A stretch of 64,000 nt of DNA from Pirellulales bacterium (GTDB taxonomy: Bacteria > Planctomycetota > Planctomycetia > Pirellulales > UBA1268): positions 33,202 to 97,201 of the forward strand of contig JBBAVV010000007.1 of the NCBI GenBank assembly GCA_040397545.1, given 5' to 3'. Position 1 is the first letter of the stretch. Every line of letters begins with the position of its first letter. Position numbers and translations under genes: made by a program. The notes beneath the pieces were generated by a model that did not search any database, was not told the DNA's origin, and saw only the letters and a program-made list of their open reading frames with translations. Shown here one piece after another: positions 27,628 to 36,144 of this stretch.

Positions 27628-29055
27628 TCACGACAGGATAGCGTTCACGACACGCCCGTGCACATCGGTGAGGCGGAAGTCGCGCCCGGCGTGCCGGAAC
27701 GTCAGCCGTTCGTGGTCGAGCCCGAGGGAGTGGAGGATCGTCGCTTGGAGGTCGTGGACGTGGACCTCGTCGGCAGCGACATGGAAGCCGAGCTCGTCGG
27801 TCGATCCGTGCGTGATGCCGGGGCGGATCCCGCCGCCGGCGAGCCACATCGTGAAGGCATTGGGGTGGTGGTCGCGCCCCTTCGAGCGGCCGAGGACGGC
27901 ACTCGCTTCGACCATCGGCGTCCGGCCGAACTCCCCCCCCCAGACGACGAGCGTCGAGTCGAGCATACCGCGGCGGCGCAGATCGGTGACGAGCGCCGCC
28001 GAGGCCCGGTCGGTCTTCTCGCAGTTGCCGCGGACATTTCCGGCGACGTCGGAATGGCCGTCCCAGCCTTCGTGGTAGATCGTCACGAACCGCACGCCGC
28101 GCTCGACGAGCCGGCGGGCGAGGAGGCAGGCCCGGGCAAAGCTCGCCTCGGCAGGCGTGCAGCCGTAGAGGGCGAGCGTCTCCGCCGTCTCCTGGGAGAG
28201 ATCCATCAGCTCCGGCGCCGAGGTCTGGAGGCGGTGGGCCATCTCGTAGCTGGCGATCCGGGTGGCGATCTCCGGATCGCCGTCGGCAGCCAGACGCGCG
28301 CGGTTGAGGGCCCCGACAACGCCGAGGGTGTCGGCGGCGAGCCGGCCGTCGGCGCCGGCTGGCTGGCCGACATTGAGGATCGGATCGCCGGCATTGCGGA
28401 ACCGCGTGCCGGTATGCATCGATGGCAGGAAGCCGCTCGACCAGTTGGCGCTGCCGCCGCTGATCCCGCCGCCGGTGCTCATGACGACGAACGCCGGCAG
28501 CTCGTCGCTCTCGCTCCCCAGGCCGTAGGTCACCCATGATCCAAGGCTCGGCCGCCCCGGCTGCCCGAAGCCGCAGTTCATGAAGATCTGTGCCGGGGCG
28601 TGGTTGAATTGGTCGGTGCGGCAGCTACGGACGATGGCGATCTCGTCGACGACGCCGGCAAGCCAGGGGAGCATTTCGGAGATCTCCGCCCCGCTCTGGC
28701 CGTGGCGGGCAAACTTGAACTGCGGCCCGAGGACCGCCGCGTCGGGGCGGATGAAGGCATAGCGCTGGCCGCCGATCACCTCCGGCGGAATCGGCTTCCC
28801 CTCGATCTCGGCAAGCTTCGGCTTGTGGTCGAAAAGCTCGAGCTGGCTCGGCGCCCCGGCCATGAACAGCTGGATCACCGCCTTGGCCTTCCCCGGGAAG
28901 TGCGGCGGCTTGGGGGCGAGGGGCCCGGTGATAACGCGCGGCCCTTCGGCGGCGATAGCATCACGGGCAAGCAATCCGGCCAGCGCCATCTTGCCGACCC
29001 CGAGGCCGCAATCGGAGAAGAAGTGACGCCGCGTGGCATGGAGGAGGCCGTTCAT
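27628..29055 (-). CDS. DUF1501 domain protein (sulfatase-like fold) with a Tat-type signal
   Basis: The N-terminus MNGLLHATRRHFFSDCGLGVGKMALAGLLA contains a twin-arginine motif. The C-terminal GRDHHPNAFTMWLAGGGI...HVHDLQATILHLGLD... pattern is typical of DUF1501. Its ATG overlaps the upstream gene's stop (ATGA at 29052..29055). Confidence 0.9.
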   Translation of the reverse strand: MNGLLHATRRHFFSDCGLGVGKMALAGLLARDAIAAEGPRVITGPLAPKPPHFPGKAKAVIQLFMAGAPSQLELFDHKPKLAEIEGKPIPPEVIGGQRYAFIRPDAAVLGPQFKFARHGQSGAEISEMLPWLAGVVDEIAIVRSCRTDQFNHAPAQIFMNCGFGQPGRPSLGSWVTYGLGSESDELPAFVVMSTGGGISGGSANWSSGFLPSMHTGTRFRNAGDPILNVGQPAGADGRLAADTLGVVGALNRARLAADGDPEIATRIASYEMAHRLQTSAPELMDLSQETAETLALYGCTPAEASFARACLLARRLVERGVRFVTIYHEGWDGHSDVAGNVRGNCEKTDRASAALVTDLRRRGMLDSTLVVWGGEFGRTPMVEASAVLGRSKGRDHHPNAFTMWLAGGGIRPGITHGSTDELGFHVAADEVHVHDLQATILHSLGLDHERLTFRHAGRDFRLTDVHGRVVNAILS

Positions 29056-32000
29056 CGCTTCACCACCGTTTCATCGAGGTTCATCACGGCTCTCGCCACG
29101 AGCATCCAGGCGGCCCGGTCGACCGGATCAGAAGCGCCCTCGCCACCGAGCTTCGTCGCATCGAGTTCCCCGGCGGCGAGCCGTTCGCGCTGGACGCGGA
29201 GGAATCCCAGTAGCGTACTCCGTTCGTCGGCCGTGAAGGGGCGCGAGAGGACGCGCCGGCCGAGATCGTCGAGCCGGGCCGCGTCGTCGCCCGAGCTGGA
29301 GAGCGCGGCGGCCCCGAGGGCCCGGGCGACCTCGACGAACATCGGGTCGTTCATGAGCGTCAGAGCCTGGAGCGCGGAATTGGAGACGTCGCGGCGCGCG
29401 AGGCAGCTATCGCCGGAGGGGCCATCGAAAGTGGTCACGAACGCGAACGGCGCTGTCCGCTTTTGGTAGGTGTAGAGGCTGCGGCGGTGGCGATCTTCGC
29501 CCGGGCTCGGCTCCCAGGCGCCGCCCCCATAGGCCGTCTCGGTCACGCCGGCCGGCTGCGGCGGCCGCACCCCAGGGCCATACATCTTCTCCGAGAGAAG
29601 CCCCGCTGCCCTGAGAAGGCCGTCGCGGATCTGCTCCGCCTCGAGCCGGACGCGCGGCCCACGGGCGAGGAGGCTGTTGGTCGGATCGGCCGCGAGCTGC
29701 TCTGGATTCGCCGCCGAGTCCTGCCGGTAGGTGGCACTGGTGACGATCAGCCGGTGGAGTTTTTTCAGCGACCAGCCGAGATCGTCGACGAACGTCACGG
29801 CCAGCCAATCGAGGAGTTGCGGATGTGAGGGGGGCGTTCCCTGGAAGCCGAAATCCTCGAGCGTCGGCACGATGCCACGGCCGAAGAAGGCCTGCCACTG
29901 CCGGTTGACCGTGACGCGGGAGGTGAGGGGATGCTGTGGGGAGACGAGCCACTCGGCCAGTGCGAGTCGATTGGCAGGAGTACCCTCAGGCAGGCCGGGG
30001 AGAAATGCGGGCACGGCCGAAGCCACCTCCTGACGGGGCTGCGTGTACTCGCCACGGTGCCGAAGGAAGGTCTTCCGCGGGTTGTCGGCGGGGCGCTCCC
30101 GCAGAATGAGCGTCGTCGGCCCACCGCGGAGCTGCGCCTCGAGCCCACGAATCTCCTTCATCGACTCGACAAGCTCCGGCGCCGCGGCGAGAAACCGGCG
30201 CCGCACGGCCTTCACTTCAGCCTCGGTCCGTTCCGCGGCCGGCTTCCGCAGGGCCGCCTCTTCAGATGCCGTGAGCCCGCGGGCCGCGGCGCCATTGGCC
30301 CCCGTGACCGAGAGCCGGAAGCAGCCAAGCGGGCAGGCGTAATGGCGTTCGAACTTCATCACACACTCGATCGGCGTCCCGGGGGCCACCGGCTCGGCGA
30401 ACGTGAACACCGCCGCATGGGGCCGCCCCTGATCGCCATTGGTGCTCCACCCGCTCGACATGTCGCCGTCGAGGGTGAGCGACGCCGTGCTCTTTCCCCC
30501 GGAGAAGGCCGCGGTGCCGTTGAAGGAATCGCTCGCCGCGGCCACCGCCACCCGTGCTCCGCCCGCCGTGATCTCGAACTCTGAGAGGAAAAAGTCTCCC
30601 TTCGGACCCTCGTACCAGGCCAGGCCCGGGCCATACGCCGGCAGGCTCGGGTCGGGGAGGACTTCGAGGCGGATCGCCTGCACAGGATGGTCGGCTGCGG
30701 GGAGGACGATCTCGTAGCGGTCGCTCTTGGTGACATCGCCGCTGGCGAGGATCGAGCCGTCGTCGCGGATGCTCAAGTGCGGCATGGAGGTCTGCCACGA
30801 CTGCGGCGTTACGACCTGCCAGTCGATCGCCTTGCCTGCTTCCTCGCGCTCCCAGCCGGCGAAGCGTTCCTCGAGAGGCACCGGTGCCGGCTGTCCTTCG
30901 GCTGCGGGGACAAGAGGCCACTTTCCCGGCAGCTCGTTCCACGCCGTCTCGAGCCGGGCGGTCGCCTCGGCCACGGCCTTCGTCTGCTCGGCGTCGGGGA
31001 TCACCCACTCCGGCTCGTCGGCGTTGTCGAGGCAGGCAAACAGCCCGTAGTAATCGGCCTGGGTGAGGGGATCGTATTTGTGGTTGTGGCACTGCGCGCA
31101 GCCGGTCGTCAGCCCGAGCCAGGTAACGCCGGTGGTGCTCACCCGATCGACCATCGCCAGGTAGCGGAACTCGAGCGGATCGATCCCCCCCTCCTCGTTG
31201 ATCATCGTGTTGCGATGGAAGCCGGTGGCGACGATGTCGTCGGCCGTGGCGCCGGGGAGGAGATCACCGGCGATCTGGCGGCGCGTGAAGGCATCGAAGG
31301 GCATGTCGTCATTGAGGGCCCGGATCACCCAGTCGCGATAGGGCCAGATCCGCCGCTCGCGGTCCTTCTCATAGCCGTTGGTGTCGGCATAGCGGGCCAG
31401 ATCGAGCCACCGCCGCGCCCAGCGCTCGCCGTAGCGCGGGCTGGCAAGCAAACGGTCGACGAGCTTTTCATAGGCGTCGGGAGCTTGATCGGCGACGAAG
31501 GCGTCGAGCTCGGCGGGCGTCGGCGGCAGCCCCGTCAGATCGAAGTGGACGCGCCGGCAGAGCGTGGCCCGATCGGCCTCCGGGCTCGGTCGCAGCCCGT
31601 CTCGAGCGAGCCGGTCGCGGACGAAGAAATCGATCGGATTCTGTGGCGCCGCGGCTCCGGCCGCATCGGGCACCTTCGGCACGGCCGGGCGAGCCGGCTT
31701 CTGAAAAGCCCAGTGCTCGGCGTAGGGGGCGCCGGCGGCGATCCACGCGGCGAGGATCTTCTTCTCCCCGGGAGTAAGCACCGCCTTCGTGTCGGGCGGG
31801 GGCATGACGACGTCGGCGTCGGAGCTGCCGATCCGAGCCACGAGCTCGCTGTCGGCGGTGTGGCCCGGCACGATCGCCCGGTTCCCCGAATCGGCGGCGG
31901 CGAGGGCGTCATCACGCCGGTCGAGCCGCAGGCCCCCCTGGCGCGTGGCGTCGTCGGGGCCGTGGCACTTGAAGCAGCGGTTGGCGAGGATCGGCCGGAC

Positions 32001-32102
32001 CTCGCGGCCGAAGTCGGGCCCCTCACCGCGGGCGACCCCCGCGGCGGCAACGACGGCAAGCAGGGCAACGGCCGGAACGAGCAAGCGGCATGTAGTGATC
32101 AT
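29052..32102 (-). CDS. PSCyt1 (planctomycete cytochrome c) / PSCyt2 (DUF1549) / PSD1 (DUF1553) protein
   Basis: A signal peptide is followed by FGREVRPILANRCFKCHGPD, a CxxCH haem motif. Further on come EHWAFQKP..., DAFVADQAPDAYEKLVDRLLASPRYGERWARRWLDLARYADTNGYE, and the C-terminal PSD1-type NSALQALTLMNDP. This is the classic partner of DUF1501. Confidence 0.9.
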   Translation of the reverse strand: MITTCRLLVPAVALLAVVAAAGVARGEGPDFGREVRPILANRCFKCHGPDDATRQGGLRLDRRDDALAAADSGNRAIVPGHTADSELVARIGSSDADVVMPPPDTKAVLTPGEKKILAAWIAAGAPYAEHWAFQKPARPAVPKVPDAAGAAAPQNPIDFFVRDRLARDGLRPSPEADRATLCRRVHFDLTGLPPTPAELDAFVADQAPDAYEKLVDRLLASPRYGERWARRWLDLARYADTNGYEKDRERRIWPYRDWVIRALNDDMPFDAFTRRQIAGDLLPGATADDIVATGFHRNTMINEEGGIDPLEFRYLAMVDRVSTTGVTWLGLTTGCAQCHNHKYDPLTQADYYGLFACLDNADEPEWVIPDAEQTKAVAEATARLETAWNELPGKWPLVPAAEGQPAPVPLEERFAGWEREEAGKAIDWQVVTPQSWQTSMPHLSIRDDGSILASGDVTKSDRYEIVLPAADHPVQAIRLEVLPDPSLPAYGPGLAWYEGPKGDFFLSEFEITAGGARVAVAAASDSFNGTAAFSGGKSTASLTLDGDMSSGWSTNGDQGRPHAAVFTFAEPVAPGTPIECVMKFERHYACPLGCFRLSVTGANGAAARGLTASEEAALRKPAAERTEAEVKAVRRRFLAAAPELVESMKEIRGLEAQLRGGPTTLILRERPADNPRKTFLRHRGEYTQPRQEVASAVPAFLPGLPEGTPANRLALAEWLVSPQHPLTSRVTVNRQWQAFFGRGIVPTLEDFGFQGTPPSHPQLLDWLAVTFVDDLGWSLKKLHRLIVTSATYRQDSAANPEQLAADPTNSLLARGPRVRLEAEQIRDGLLRAAGLLSEKMYGPGVRPPQPAGVTETAYGGGAWEPSPGEDRHRRSLYTYQKRTAPFAFVTTFDGPSGDSCLARRDVSNSALQALTLMNDPMFVEVARALGAAALSSSGDDAARLDDLGRRVLSRPFTADERSTLLGFLRVQRERLAAGELDATKLGGEGASDPVDRAAWMLVARAVMNLDETVVKR

Positions 32103-32274
32103 GCCTCAATTGTTTCACACTCCGCCGCCGCGGCCAACTCCAGCCTCCCCGGGCCGCGTTCGCCGGAGAAACTCATCCACGGGATGGCGTTCCGGTCGCA
32201 CTTGCGAGCACCATGGCTGGCGAGAGTCTTGTGCCCCTTCGGCCGCCGGTCGCTGTTGCCGGCCGCAAAGACAC

Positions 32275-32976
32275 TCAGCCCTCGTCTTCCCGCCGGCTCG
32301 TCGCCTCGATGGCGGCAGCGTACTCCTTCTCATTCAGAGGGAGACACTCGACCGTAGCGAGCCCAAGCGAGACTCTGGACCGAAGACGCGGAGTGACTCG
32401 CGAAAGAGCCACCAAGGCGTCGGACTGCCAGCCAATATTGTTGGTACGACAGAGTTCGAGCAACCGATCCACTGCGACCTTGTCATCGAGAGGCGTCAAT
32501 TCTGACTCCTTCGCGATGCAACCCACGGCCGCATGAATCACGACGTGATCGTCGTCAGAGAGAGACTGTACGACGAGGTCGTGACACTCGCGCAGGACGA
32601 TTGGGTTCTTGACGAGATGGTAAAGCACCTTAAAGCGATTCTCTGTCGCTATGTCATCTTTCCCTTTGTCGGAGAGCATCAATTGCGCCGAAGAAGTCGC
32701 ATCTTGACGGTAACGATCGATTTCGTGAAGAACGCACGTCGCCCAACGTCGCGTCTCCGGGTACGGAGAATCGAGAAGTTCGTGGATCTTATCCGACACA
32801 AGGCGAACGATCTCCGGCTTTCGCATTGCCAGGAGCGACAACTCCGCTCCTGCCGCGCCCCTGTTTACACGCCATCCACCGCGCATGATCTCGACAAGCT
32901 CGGCCGGAGTGCAAGCTTCGAGCTTCGCGTAATCAGGGCGGCGCCCGGCCGACGCGAGAACGACACACACCACCAA
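32275..32976 (-). CDS. Hypothetical helical-repeat (HEAT/ARM-like?) protein in the lower-G+C islet
   Basis: This is a 233-codon ORF whose translation looks like ordinary protein composition, not R/G/D-rich shadow sequence. The region has a visibly higher A/T content. The antisense 595-aa + ORF is junk-like. The start is uncertain: the ORF head is TTG, and in-frame ATGs lie at 32886 and 32826. I recognised no family. Confidence 0.5.
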   Translation of the reverse strand: MVVCVVLASAGRRPDYAKLEACTPAELVEIMRGGWRVNRGAAGAELSLLAMRKPEIVRLVSDKIHELLDSPYPETRRWATCVLHEIDRYRQDATSSAQLMLSDKGKDDIATENRFKVLYHLVKNPIVLRECHDLVVQSLSDDDHVVIHAAVGCIAKESELTPLDDKVAVDRLLELCRTNNIGWQSDALVALSRVTPRLRSRVSLGLATVECLPLNEKEYAAAIEATSRREDEG

Positions 32977-33084
32977 GATAGCCCCGGGGGCCCTGCCTCA
33001 TCTTTTGGTGTCGGTGACACTCACTGCCTACCTCCTTATGGCCGCCGCCCCGCATCCTACCTCAATCCTACCACGCCAACGCAC

Positions 33085-34239
33085 TCATGCGATGGCGAAC
33101 GGGGCGTCGTCTCCATACACCCAGGCAATGAGATCCTGGTCCTTTGGCAGGAGCGCGGCGCCTCGTCCCACTGGCGCGGGACCATAGTAGGAACTCGTCA
33201 CGACGTCGCTGACCTGACCGTCAATCGTTCCGATGCGCTTGTGCGTGTCGGCAACGGTGATCAGAAAGTTCTTCCACACCTTGACGGTATCATTCGGCCC
33301 ACAGAGCCAGAAGCCAACTTCGTTTTGCCAAGCGTTCCGCCTCTCCCGGTCGGTCCATGTAGAGATGCGGATCGAATCCTCACAGGTATCCACTTGCCAA
33401 AAGCGATGCCCCACAATCATGTGGTTGCCCAGGGTCGTCGCCTGGAGCCGACGATTTCCCAAGTCATTCATGATGACATAGACGCGGCCATCCCTCGCTT
33501 CGCCATTGACCCCCAAAGCCGGCGCCGCGTCACCGGCGAGCCATCCCTTTGCCTTGAAAGAGTAATACATGTCGCCATCGATGAACGTTGGGCCCTTGGC
33601 CTCGGCGGCTTCCTTCTCATTTCGCGGATTGAAGTAGACAGGCAACTGCTTGCGAATATCCGCAAAGATCGCATCCGCGAGCGCATTCACCTTAGCAAGC
33701 TTGTCTGGCATGCAAATATCGCTGAAATCGATGGTGATCTCACCTTTGTGGAAATACTCATGCTCAAACAGCGGACTGTCGGTACCCGGTCCGTTCGGGG
33801 TGAGGCTTCCGGGCCATGGATCAAGAATCTCTCTGTGTGCTCCGGCAGTCAGCGGGCCCGGATAGGTTTCCAAGTACCTTATCGGGTCTCTCGTCTTCAC
33901 CGTCCCGCCCGGCGTCCCTTGAGTCTGCTGCTCGGCAGTCGGAGCCCGGGCCTGAAGCGATGCCGTGATGACCGCGGGGGCGTTCGCGGTGCCGGACGAG
34001 GGTGCTGGCGCCGCGACGCCAACCGGAGCCGCGGCCTGCACGGGAGCGACAACGACCGGCAGGCGAGTCTCCGATCCGATCCCCAAGGCGGAGTTGTACG
34101 GCGGCAGGGCGACCGTCGGAGACATCCCTCCACCATCCATCGCATATCGAGACTCAAGCCGCTCCACGGCTGCCGGCAGCCAGCGACCCCCGCGTCCGCG
34201 GTCTGCCGACCTCTTCCTCGAAGCGCCGTTCCGCTGCAT
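33085..34239 (-). CDS. Orphan secreted protein with an LExLExR-type leader and an Ala/Pro-rich linker; the C-terminal ~250-aa domain is unrecognised
   Basis: The ATG has GGAGG 8 nt upstream. The N-terminus is MQRNGASRKRSADRGRGGRWLPAAVERLESRYAMD. The linker reads VVAPVQAAAPVGVAAPAPSSG. The C-terminal domain (…FEHEYFHKGEITIDFSDICMPDK…HMIVGHRFWQVDTCEDSIRISTW…) matches no family I can name. Confidence 0.6.
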   Translation of the reverse strand: MQRNGASRKRSADRGRGGRWLPAAVERLESRYAMDGGGMSPTVALPPYNSALGIGSETRLPVVVAPVQAAAPVGVAAPAPSSGTANAPAVITASLQARAPTAEQQTQGTPGGTVKTRDPIRYLETYPGPLTAGAHREILDPWPGSLTPNGPGTDSPLFEHEYFHKGEITIDFSDICMPDKLAKVNALADAIFADIRKQLPVYFNPRNEKEAAEAKGPTFIDGDMYYSFKAKGWLAGDAAPALGVNGEARDGRVYVIMNDLGNRRLQATTLGNHMIVGHRFWQVDTCEDSIRISTWTDRERRNAWQNEVGFWLCGPNDTVKVWKNFLITVADTHKRIGTIDGQVSDVVTSSYYGPAPVGRGAALLPKDQDLIAWVYGDDAPFAIA

Positions 34240-34324
34240 GCTTCATCCTCCCAGTTTTACGATGTCGGCAAAACGCTCGCGCGCTTTCATGCCCGCCGTA
34301 TACCCCCCACCGGAACGTAGCCTA

Positions 34325-34367
34325 CCCCCCCCCCCGGCCCCGCCCCCCCCCCCCCCCCCCCCCCCCC
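34325..34367 (+). repeat. Homopolymeric C tracts: C11-GG-C4-G-C25 (poly-G on the minus strand)
   Basis: Counted directly: C x11 at 34325..34335, C x4 at 34338..34341, C x25 at 34343..34367. The tracts sit in the divergent intergenic region between the ATG at 34239 (-) and the vapB ATG at 34508 (+). Confidence 0.9.
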
Positions 34368-34507
34368 GAGCTGTCAAGGATTCGGTTTGCTCGGGAGTGA
34401 AGGGATGGCAAAGCCCCGCGGAGCCCCCTGCCTGCGTCCGAAGTCGCAGCCCCGGTCCCCATCGAGGATTTCTTGACGTATGCATACGTTTCTGGGAAAA
34501 TCGATGG

Positions 34508-34699
34508 ATGAGAACCACACTCAACATCGACGACAAGGCACTCTCCACGGCCGCTCGGCTGACCGGCGTCCACCGGAAGACGGAGCTTGTGCGCATGGGG
34601 CTCGAGGCGCTCATCGCGCGGGAGTCGTCGCGGCGACTGGCGGTGCTTGGTGGCTCCGAACCGAAGGCGCGCCCGGTTCCCCGGCGGAGACCGGGCTGA
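34508..34699 (+). CDS. vapB: Type II antitoxin, VapB family (DUF2191-like)
   Basis: MRTTLNIDDKALSTAARLTGVHRKTELVRMGLEALIARES... (63 aa) carries the characteristic MRTTLNIDD N-terminus. Its stop abuts the vapC ATG. The long upstream extension in the ORF track runs through the poly-C tract and is rejected. Confidence 0.8.
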   Translation: MRTTLNIDDKALSTAARLTGVHRKTELVRMGLEALIARESSRRLAVLGGSEPKARPVPRRRPG

Positions 34700-35059
34700 A
34701 TGGTGCTCCTCGACTCCTCGGTGTGGATCGACCACCTGCGGCGGGGCAACAGCCGGGCAGCCGCCCTGCTCGGGGCCGGAGAAGTGGCCTGCCATCCGCT
34801 CATCATCGGCGAACTCGCCTGCGGGGGGCTGAAGCAGCGGCGGGAGATCCTCGGCCTCCTCTCCGCCCTGCCCCGTTCGGCACAGGCGTCCCACGACGAG
34901 ATCCTCGCCTTCATCGAGAGTCGTCGCCTCCATGGCCGCGGTATTGGCTTGATCGATGCCCATCTCCTCTGGGCGGCGCTCGACAGCTCCCTCATCCTCT
35001 GGACGCTCGATCTGAAGCTCCGCAGTCTGGGCGATCGACTAGGCGTGGCCCACCTGTGA
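34700..35059 (+). CDS. vapC: PIN-domain ribonuclease toxin VapC
   Basis: MVLLDSSVWIDHLR...HPLIIGELACG...GIGLIDAHLLWAA shows the PIN acidic residues (D5, E, D). The size (119 aa) and its position immediately after vapB also fit. Confidence 0.85.
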   Translation: MVLLDSSVWIDHLRRGNSRAAALLGAGEVACHPLIIGELACGGLKQRREILGLLSALPRSAQASHDEILAFIESRRLHGRGIGLIDAHLLWAALDSSLILWTLDLKLRSLGDRLGVAHL

Positions 35060-35130
35060 TCGCGTCGACGGGAACGCAGAATCGGCTCTACCTCCGGACA
35101 GGGCCCTCGTGCCCGGTTTAGACTACCGGC

Positions 35131-36045
35131 ATGAACACCACTATCGCTCCCATCGCTTCCGGAGTCCCCTCTGTGAATCGCCAGGCCTCGATCGCGATCC
35201 TCGTCGCGGCGGCGCTTGGGGCCTCCGTCGCGGCCACGCCTCATGCGAGTGCCCAAGAGCCCGCCGCGTCAGCGCCGCAGAAAAACCTCATCGTTCCCGG
35301 CGAGGTGTTTTCCGTCGACGGTCACACGGCGTTTCTCTTCACGCCGGCTGAGGTCAACGCCCTCCCTCCCGGCGCCCCGCGTCCCTGGATCCTCTATGGC
35401 CCGACGCTCGCGCCCTATCCCGACGAGGCGGAGAAGTGGATGCACGAGCGCTTCACGGAAGCCGGCGTAGCCGTGGCGGGGATCGACACCGGCGAGTCGT
35501 ACGGCAGTCCGGCGGCGGTGGCGGCGACCGAAAAGCTCCATGCCGAGATGGTGAAGCGCGGCTACGCCGCCAAGCCGGCCCTCCTCGGCCGTAGCCGCGG
35601 AGGCTTGTGGGCCTCGGCCTGGGCGATCGCCCATCCCGACCTCACCGCCGGCCTCGGCGGGATCTATCCGGTCTACGACTGGCGCACCTATCCGGGGGCC
35701 GAGGGCGCCGCGGGCGCCTATGGGCTCACCCCTGCCGACCTCCTCGCAAAGGTCGACGAGCTTTGCCCGGTGGAAAAGATCGACGTCGCCGCCCGAGCCG
35801 GGATCCCGGTCTGCATCATCCATGGCGACATCGACGTCGTTGTCCCCCTCGAGCCGAACTCCGGTCGCTTGAAGGCCCGCTACGAGGCCCTCGGCAAGGG
35901 TGACCTCGTGGAGCTGATCGTCGCCGAGGGGCAGGGGCACAGCTTCTGGGAGGGTTTTTTCCACTGCCAGGAGCTCGTCGACTTCCTCATTCACAGGGCC
36001 CGGGCCGGGGCCGCCGGGGGAGATGCGGCGGCCGCTGGGGAGTGA
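35131..36045 (+). CDS. Secreted alpha/beta-hydrolase (dienelactone hydrolase / prolyl oligopeptidase-like)
   Basis: A signal peptide ends ...ATPHASAQE. The nucleophile elbow is GRSRGG (GxSxG). The downstream IIHGDIDVVVP and GQGHSF segments are consistent with the Asp and His of a catalytic triad. Confidence 0.75.
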   Translation: MNTTIAPIASGVPSVNRQASIAILVAAALGASVAATPHASAQEPAASAPQKNLIVPGEVFSVDGHTAFLFTPAEVNALPPGAPRPWILYGPTLAPYPDEAEKWMHERFTEAGVAVAGIDTGESYGSPAAVAATEKLHAEMVKRGYAAKPALLGRSRGGLWASAWAIAHPDLTAGLGGIYPVYDWRTYPGAEGAAGAYGLTPADLLAKVDELCPVEKIDVAARAGIPVCIIHGDIDVVVPLEPNSGRLKARYEALGKGDLVELIVAEGQGHSFWEGFFHCQELVDFLIHRARAGAAGGDAAAAGE

Positions 36046-36144
36046 CGGCGGAGAAATCGTCGCGCCACCGGCAGCGAAAAGGTTTGCATCGGCGGCGATT
36101 CCGATCAGGATGAGAGGGATCCCGTCCTCAGGAAACCGCCCCGC

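Noticed and set aside
32533-34320. 595-aa + strand ORF over the lower-G+C islet
   Set aside because: It lies antisense to two minus-strand ORFs that have better start contexts (GGAGG before the ATG at 34239) and more protein-like sequence. Its own translation is Arg-rich and featureless.
33965-34507. Upstream extension of the vapB ORF reading through the poly-C tract as poly-Pro, and the minus ORF reading it as poly-Gly
   Set aside because: VapB-family antitoxins are about 60-80 aa and start MRTTLNIDD. The extension is junk-like, and the homopolymer is better interpreted as intergenic.
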